Of a stretch of DNA of 64,000 nt, positions 56,992 to 64,000 are shown one piece after another. Location: the NCBI GenBank assembly GCA_051362555.1, contig CM120647.1, positions 5,332,001 to 5,396,000 on the forward strand, written 5' to 3'. Origin of the DNA: Lingula anatina (lineage: Eukaryota; Animalia; Brachiopoda). Numbering within the stretch: position 1 is the first letter of the stretch; every line of letters begins with the position of its first letter. The position numbers and the translations under genes were made by a program. The notes below the pieces were generated by a model, which saw only the letters and a list, made by a program, of their open reading frames with translations, was not told the origin of the DNA and did no database searches.

Positions 56992-57268
56992 CAGGGGCGG
57001 AGCCATTATTTTTTCTGAAGGGGGTCTTTTTTTTAGGAAAGAACCTCCTCTTCCCTTCTCCTTGGCCTCCCCCCCCCCCTCCCCCCCCCCAGAAGGGCCT
57101 GGAGAAATGTTGCTATTTTATAGGTCAAACGGTGCCATTTGGTACGGTTTAGAACTGTGATTCAGCTATTCAAAATTCTACCTTTAAGAGGGGAGTATTA
57201 TTGTGTTTTTGTTTCAGAAATTGAAGGGGGTCCGGATCCCCCTGACACCCCCCTCATACCCCTCACTG
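56992..57268. mobile_element. hAT-like MITE with 5-bp TSD
   Basis: GTCAC|CAGGGGCGG...CACTG|GTCAC. Confidence 0.7.
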
Positions 57269-58142
57269 GTCACGGGGTCGGCCCAGGTCCCATGAGTCAG
57301 TTCCCGCCAATTGCCAGCATGTTCTCTGAGTGTAATAAATATCTAAAGTTGTATCATGTGTTGTTGTGTTTTTTTTCAAACCAAAGTTACATGTGATCGG
57401 GTTATCAAATCTCCGATTGCAAAGGATGGAAGGCTGTGGCGAGAACTGTCACGCAATTACAAAAATAGAAAAACATCAGCTTACAGCGACAATGGGGCAC
57501 GTGTTGCTGCAGCTTTCATTTCTCCATAAGTCGTCTTCCAAATCACAGCAGATCTTTATCTTCATCACACGAGGGATTAATCATTTGATAAGCTTTCCTG
57601 GTAATTTGACGATTTCTTTCGCAGGTGTTCCCAATCTTCTTAGTGTTTTCAAAGATAAGTGCAGACTGTGTCAGGAAGTCTACGAAAATGACGGATAAAA
57701 TTTGCGTCATCCACTTCTTGTTAGTTACAGTGCTAAATGTAGCTTAACTTGCTGTTGGTCCTTGGAGAATGCATTTCTTCATAATCGTTTAACCGAATAG
57801 AAACGTTGTTCAAGATAAATATCAATTTATCCAATGCCACTTATTAAATGCAGTATTAGGAAAATTGGGTATCCGGTGAAAATGTCGATGCATAATATAG
57901 AATTAATAAGGTTTTGAAAGGTGGATGAAAACTAATTAAACAATTTTAGTGAAAAGTAAATATTACTGCCTAGTGAAAAGAGAGTAAAACGCGTTTGCTG
58001 TTCTTATAATCTAAAAGATCAGCTTTATATTATGAAAATAAAATGTAACAGCGATATTTTCGGTGCACATTTGTTTTTGCGCTTAAATAAATACTTTGTA
58101 GGCTAATTAACAGTACTGTATATCAACACGACGGCGGTCTGA

Positions 58143-58173
<31 letters not shown>

Positions 58174-58450
58174 GAAATTAATAACAAATAAGCTGGTATA
58201 TTCTGCATTCTGTGAATTTAATCAATTATAGATTTAACAAGCAGCAATGTGTCATAATGGTCGCTTAGCGTACGGTGGATGAATTATGTTTTAACTATAA
58301 TCATTTGTCTTGTAAGTCCATAGTTTTCGATCATCTTAAAGTCTGTGTGCTCGTGTTGATGTAAATTAAAAACAAATACGAACGTTTGATATCACCCACT
58401 TCTTTTTTTACCCCGGGGGTAAGCTTCAAGCGGTTAGAACAGGGAACACA

Positions 58451-58710
58451 CAGGGGCGGATCCAGGATTATTTGAAGGGGGGGCGGATGCGAAGCTGACC
58501 CCACCCCCTTACCCACCCATTTGGCGTGGTGTTCGGGGCCCGCCGAAGGGCCTCGGAAATTTTTGATATTTTAGAGGGCGAAGAGTGCCATTTGGTGCGG
58601 TTCAGGACTATGATTCAGCTAGTCAAAATTCTAATTTCAAGAGGGGAGCAAAAATCGAAGGGGGGGGGGGTGTCTGGACCCCCCTGATCCCCCCTCTAAA
58701 TCTGCCACTG
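58451..58710. mobile_element. hAT-like MITE with 5-bp TSD (same family)
   Basis: ACACA|CAGGGGCGGAT...ATCTGCCACTG|ACACA, with internal similarity to 56992-57268 and 50400-50664. Confidence 0.75.
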
Positions 58711-59927
58711 ACACATGTATCGTCTGCTTCAACATAAACCTCGTCAAGTAAAACCAAATTTGACAGGCCCAGGGTTGCCTGCATCTAGATTGTTGAAAAC
58801 ACGGATGGTTTCTTTTTTCGAAAATTATTTTTGACATGAGTTGTGAATTTAGATCAAATGGATCAATGTAAATAGATGCTGGATATTTATTATTAACATC
58901 CTCAAAGTTTGTCGTTTTTTAGTTAATATTAAAAAAAATGCTAAAACAGAACCTGTACACTCAATACAAACAATTATATATACATTTACAACACTGAAAC
59001 GGAAATAGAGGGTGATAAGGTACGGGATGACTAGATATGGAGCTAGTGTAGAACAGGCTACAATAACACCATGACCTCGTTTACGGATAAGGGTGACTAG
59101 AGAGAAGTATTGCAGAGCAGCATGGTCTTTAAGCCCCCTTTACACTGGACGGTGTCCTTTCTGCGTCCCGTAGCACGAACCCGTTTGAGAGTAAAATAAA
59201 TACGTTACTTGCTGACAACTGGTCGATCATTCTGCAGCAAAGGTGATGCCTGTGCCTCCTTTCTACAACCAAGGCGATGCCAGTTTCATGGACGCACTAA
59301 AGGGTTTTGTCAATATAGAGTTCACACCCTCTCTGTCAAACTTCCGTTTCATTCCTCTTTGCGTACATCTCTTACATATTTTTTTATCAATAGAGCCACC
59401 ACTTTATGCATGCTAAGATTTGCATTGTGTCTATATCTCCTCTACCACACTGAAGATAAACATTACATGTGGCAAATTAAAGATGCTCGATGTCCAACCC
59501 TTTGAAAATTTCAAAAATTTGATTAGTAAAGACCAGTGTAATATGCAAAACAGACATAATATAACTAATTGGATATCTTCAATACTATCAAACCGTTTAT
59601 CAAGACTGGCCCTTTGTGTTACTCGCGTGACTTCATCTTAGTCTAATTAAATTCACAGGGGCGGATCCAAGATAATTTGAAGGAGATGGGGATGCCAAGT
59701 CAATTCCCCCTTCAGTACGAAATTACCCCTGTGTCAACAGGATGCAAGAAGTCCAAGGACCTGAAACTTCAAGCAGCACAATGTTGCAACTTTCTCGTAC
59801 TGTGCAAAATCTCCAAATTCGAAAACACATCATGGGGACGCTATGGTGTTAATTTCAGCGTCATTTACATTGTTACCAATGACAACCACGCAGATGGTCC
59901 ATCCAGGAAAAAAAAAACAAAAAATAA

Positions 59928-59966
<39 letters not shown>

Positions 59967-60680
59967 ATATGATGACATACTTTTATCAGAAAATTAATTT
60001 CAGAAATAACAAGGAAATATCTAAGTTGTGAGCAGGTCTACATTTGCTTTCAATATATTAGGAATTTATACGTAGGGTTCATGCATATTGTTCAACTTGC
60101 TATGAATATATTGCCCATGCCCAAATAGACTTACTGGCCATAAACAGTTGAAATAAAATATAAATGAGACGATGACAACGTATAGACTAAATACTGGCAC
60201 AGTACCTCTAAGGCAGCATTGGAAACATTTTAAGGTAAGCTGTATAACAAAACAAAGACGCCTGCGGCTCGCCAATGCACTCGTATTATTTCACGTACGG
60301 CCCTGCGACTCGTATTGTATCTATCACATATAAATTAATCATTGACACTTGACGAATACATCAGGCAGGCACACATTGAAAGGGGAGATTATGTTCTGAG
60401 GATTTCACAGCGCACGGAAAACTAAAATGAAACCTGGCGGAGTCACCATACAGCTTGCATACACTGACAAGAGGTGGACTTTTGATGATCTTTAGTGACG
60501 TATCATTTACTTATGGCAGAAAGCTCATATCTATACATAAAGCGTTTCACAATAGCATGATCACAAATCATTCACCAAATAAAGCATTTCTTCAAACTAT
60601 GTTATTTTTTTTGTTTTAATTTATGAAAAATCCATAAAATGTGACCTCTTCTTACCACTGACCCACTATCAATGACCCTT

Positions 60681-60966
60681 CCCGCACGAAAACGAAGTAG
60701 ACACTCCAGCGCAGTAGACTACTGCAATCATACTGCAAACATGCTTCAAATCTGCTTCGATGTGGGAGCTAATTAGCATATTTGAAACATGCTTCTATCA
60801 TGCTGCTAATCTACTGCATTAATGCTCCTCCTCTGTACAACCCTATGTATTTTTTTTGAAGTAGAACTGCAGCAGGCCATACTGCATTTCTACTGCAAAT
60901 ATGCTCCACACCACTACTGCGTTAATGCTTCTTTGCTACTTCGATTCTACTGCATTTTCGTGCGGG
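60681..60966. mobile_element. CMC/EnSpm-like MITE, second full copy
   Basis: TT|CCCGCACGAAAA...TTTTCGTGCGGG|TT; highly similar to 27110-27393. Confidence 0.8.
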
Positions 60967-62157
60967 TTGACTCATTGTCATTCATCTATGACTTATGAAA
61001 TTAAATATCCTATCCTTTGCCCTCATAATGATTTGTAATACATCGGTATATCTTTAACCATACTGATACACGCATTCGGCTGTTTCACAATCAGGGTGAA
61101 CAATTAAATGTGGTTAATGTTACAAGTGTCTGATAAATTAACAATGTATTATGGGAGATTGCTGATAGACTAATATCAAAGACACTGTTCATAGGAGCAA
61201 ACTAAAAAAAGAATTATAAAAATTGGATTACAATTTACAAAAATATAGCAAATTCTGTGTTCAAAAAGTACCTATTTTAGCTGTTACGCTGGTTCATTTG
61301 CAATAACTTAAACATAACAAGGGAGTTGTGCATATGTAACCATTATTGATAATGCTATGATATTTATAATCATGAGCCCCTTGGTGTCTCCTACTTTTTG
61401 TAGTTTCCGTCCCCCCCCCTATCTGTTTCATTTAGTAATCACAGCATATTCTGTCTAATTTTATTGACACACTGACATTTATTTTGCAGGAAGAAAATAG
61501 CACATAACCCCTTATTATGAAAATATATGCAAGAATTTGGTGCCAAATGTAGTGCCCGTACCCCTACTGTAGTGTCCGTACCCCCAAGTTATACATTAAC
61601 CATTGGATAACTGGCTACTTATCAATGATGATAAAACTTCAAAATATGGTACAAAATATTGTTCTAGACTATATAAAATGCATTCATGTCTTATGACGTT
61701 AAGAAAAAACGTATATTGATATATATTCGATGAAGTGATACTAATTAGTTAGAGTCAGGCAAGAAATTTTGCAAAGAAATAATATCAGTAAGGATGCTAC
61801 TCTTTGCATTTAAAATTAGCAATCTTGGTTTGAATATATTACCAAATATAGCTAATTGCAAAATAATAAACTGTATATGGATTAATATTCTATGATTAAT
61901 GTGTATGATATATTTTGAGGGGGTACGAACACTTCAATACATGCATAATTAACAGTACGTTTATCATACTCTCAGTGAATGAAGTATCCAATATGGATGA
62001 CAATAAACAAAAAGCCAAATAGGAAAAGAAAAAGGGATCCTGAAAATTTTATTGTCAGCAAAAAATAATTTGAAAAAAAAAAGACGTCAAAGAGCTAATA
62101 TCCGTAAAGATGCTAATAATCTTGCTGAAGCACGTAAGGAAGACGTTGAATGCACAT

Positions 62158-64000
62158 TGTAACTGCAACACGTGGAGCAGTGATTAGTGCGAGTAGTCAG
62201 TGAGATGTGTTCATGTCACATGACACTCTGGTATATAGTTTAGATCCCGCCCTTACATTTTCAGTTTCAGCAACACGGGTCTCCGGGATCATATAGTTTT
62301 ATGTTTTCATTAGTTTTCATAAGTTTTCATCAGTTTTCATCAGTTTATTCAGCGAAATACAATCTATTCAAACCAAGAACGCTTTTTGAGTTTTTAACGG
62401 TACGGTCACGGCAACAATAAAACTATTCCCGGGGAATATGGAAGGAGACACGGAAAAATCTGTCATCTCTTCGCTGAAAACACGGTCAAGAGCGTCCACT
62501 TCATCCTATGCAAAAGCCAAGGCCAAGGCGAAAGCTTTAGAGGTAAATTTGGAATATGTGAAGAAACAAACTGAAATTAAACGCCAAAGAGCTTTGATGG
62601 ACGCTGAATTTGAATTAATTTCGTCTCAGAAGGATGCAGCAGCTGCTGCGGCAGAAGCCGCCGCCCTTGACACAGATTCAGATAGCTCAAACTCTGATCT
62701 AGAATCACTTTTTAGACTGCCTATGGATAAAACAAAGACTGAAAAATACGTAGAAACTGTTCAAGGTCAAGTTAACACAGACACCCACGGTGTGACTGAC
62801 GTAATGGACCCCCACGGTGTGACTGGCGGAATGGACCCCCACGGCGTGACTGACGGAATGGACCCCCACGGCGTGACTGACGGAATGGACCCCCAAAGTG
62901 TGACTGACGGCAAGGTTCCCCATGGTGCAGCTGACAGAATGGACCCCCACGGTGTGACTTACGGCAAGGATCCTCACGGTGTAGCTGTCACGGCGGATTC
63001 CCACGGTGCCAAAGGTGAAATGCTCCATACGGATACCTATGGTGTGTCAGACTTTGTTCCTCGCCAGTCGCGACAAGACGTGACCAGTGACTTTCCAGAT
63101 TATCTTCGCGGTACACCCGGCTACTTTTCTCGCGGACCAGAGGTACCAAATGCATTCCTTCCAAATGATCCTCACGGAACGTCCGTCTTCTATCCTCGCC
63201 AACAAGATGTGCCCTATCTTGTGCAGTGCATCCCGCCTTTACCGCAGCCAGAGATTCCAGTGTTTAAGGGTGATGTATTGACTTATAGTGCATTCATGAT
63301 TTCTTTTGAAACTAGAATAGAATCTAGAGTTGCATCAAACACTGATAGATTGTACTACCTTTATCAATACACAGATGGTGAACCGAAAGAATTGATAAGT
63401 GGTTGTCTCTATATGCCAGATGGGTACAAAAGGGCACGTGAATTGTTGCATAAAGAGTATGGTAACGAATACAAAATTTCAATGGCATACTTGAATAAAT
63501 TGTTAGCATGGTCCGCTGTTAGAGCGGAGGATAGTGTTGGTCTCAAGGGGCTTTCAGTGTATTTAGTTAAGTGTCATTCAGCAATGCTTCATTTGCATAA
63601 TTTACAAGTTCTCAATCATGCCCCACACATGCAAGCTATTGTTAAAAAGCTTCCCATGTACTCCCAGAACCGTTGGAGGGGTATTGTTGCAAAGGTTGTC
63701 AGAGATGAAAAAAGGTCTGTAGTGTTTTCAGATTTGGTCACCTTTATTGAACATGAATCGGAGGCAGTCAACGACCCGGTATTCGGAAGGGAGGCACTTA
63801 AATCCGAAGGTCCCAGTGTGCAGACTACTCGCTTTCCACAGACAAAGACAGCACGCACGTCACCTATGAGGAGAACTCACACGTCACATCCACCAACGCC
63901 AAGGACCAGTGCACATCCACCAGGTTCAAGTTTCGCTGTGATCACTGATCAGGTATGTCCCCATTGTCAACAAACCCACAAGCTGAATGAATGTAGTGCT
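62158..64000 (+). mobile_element. BEL/Pao LTR retrotransposon, 5' part (putative LTR 62158-62416)
   Basis: TGT...CAACA putative LTR followed by ATAAAA and a long gag ORF running off the window. The second LTR is not visible, so the LTR ends are provisional. Confidence 0.85.
62438..64000 (+). CDS. BEL/Pao Gag(-Pol) ORF, 3'-partial (521 codons in window)
   Basis: MEGDTEKS...AKAKAKAKALE..DAAAAAAEAAALD; DUF1759-like LPQPEIPVFKGD...RLYYLYQYTDGEPKELI...GYKRARELLHKEYG; zinc knuckle CPHCQQTHKLNEC at the end. It is missing from the ORF track because it has no stop in the window. Confidence 0.9.
   Translation, partial: MEGDTEKSVISSLKTRSRASTSSYAKAKAKAKALEVNLEYVKKQTEIKRQRALMDAEFELISSQKDAAAAAAEAAALDTDSDSSNSDLESLFRLPMDKTKTEKYVETVQGQVNTDTHGVTDVMDPHGVTGGMDPHGVTDGMDPHGVTDGMDPQSVTDGKVPHGAADRMDPHGVTYGKDPHGVAVTADSHGAKGEMLHTDTYGVSDFVPRQSRQDVTSDFPDYLRGTPGYFSRGPEVPNAFLPNDPHGTSVFYPRQQDVPYLVQCIPPLPQPEIPVFKGDVLTYSAFMISFETRIESRVASNTDRLYYLYQYTDGEPKELISGCLYMPDGYKRARELLHKEYGNEYKISMAYLNKLLAWSAVRAEDSVGLKGLSVYLVKCHSAMLHLHNLQVLNHAPHMQAIVKKLPMYSQNRWRGIVAKVVRDEKRSVVFSDLVTFIEHESEAVNDPVFGREALKSEGPSVQTTRFPQTKTARTSPMRRTHTSHPPTPRTSAHPPGSSFAVITDQVCPHCQQTHKLNECSA

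Noticed and set aside
61360-62157. Possible pogo/Tigger-like element interrupted by the BEL insertion (gtagtgtccgtacccc repeats)
   Set aside because: Too decayed, and the other end is outside the window.

Overview
AT-rich, microsatellite-rich, intron-containing animal DNA (probably a marine invertebrate such as a lophotrochozoan; inference from gene families and repeats). It is not prokaryotic. (1) Two tandem paralogues of a secreted multi-exon gene. Copy A is present only as its 3' half (516-5974). Copy B is complete (22395-34391; 20 coding exons reconstructed with consistent phases): signal peptide, an HFRY...RNDTGKPNASP...DADGDIVRCRW...YAVAIMLEDF 'Sib/integrin-beta-like' N-terminal region, 7 near-identical single-exon TSP1 modules, 1 divergent TSP1, and a Cys-rich C-terminus resembling a SUEL lectin. 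Copy B has a 32-bp frameshifting deletion in the divergent TSP1 exon. (2) A two-exon, signal-peptide-bearing SCP-like EF-hand gene on the minus strand. (3) A young non-autonomous Gypsy LTR element about 100 bp upstream of (4) a single-coding-exon TRIM-NHL gene. (5) A three-exon somatomedin-B/Cys-rich, probably GPI-anchored protein. (6) The 5' end of a BEL/Pao retrotransposon. Also present: a foldback Tc1 element in a TSP1 intron, decayed Tc1 copies, several MITE families and many microsatellites. The best candidate for an undescribed system is the duplicated Sib-like/TSP1-array/lectin-like gene, whose symmetric TSP1 exon cassettes evolve in concert within each paralogue. All alignments and counts were done by eye.
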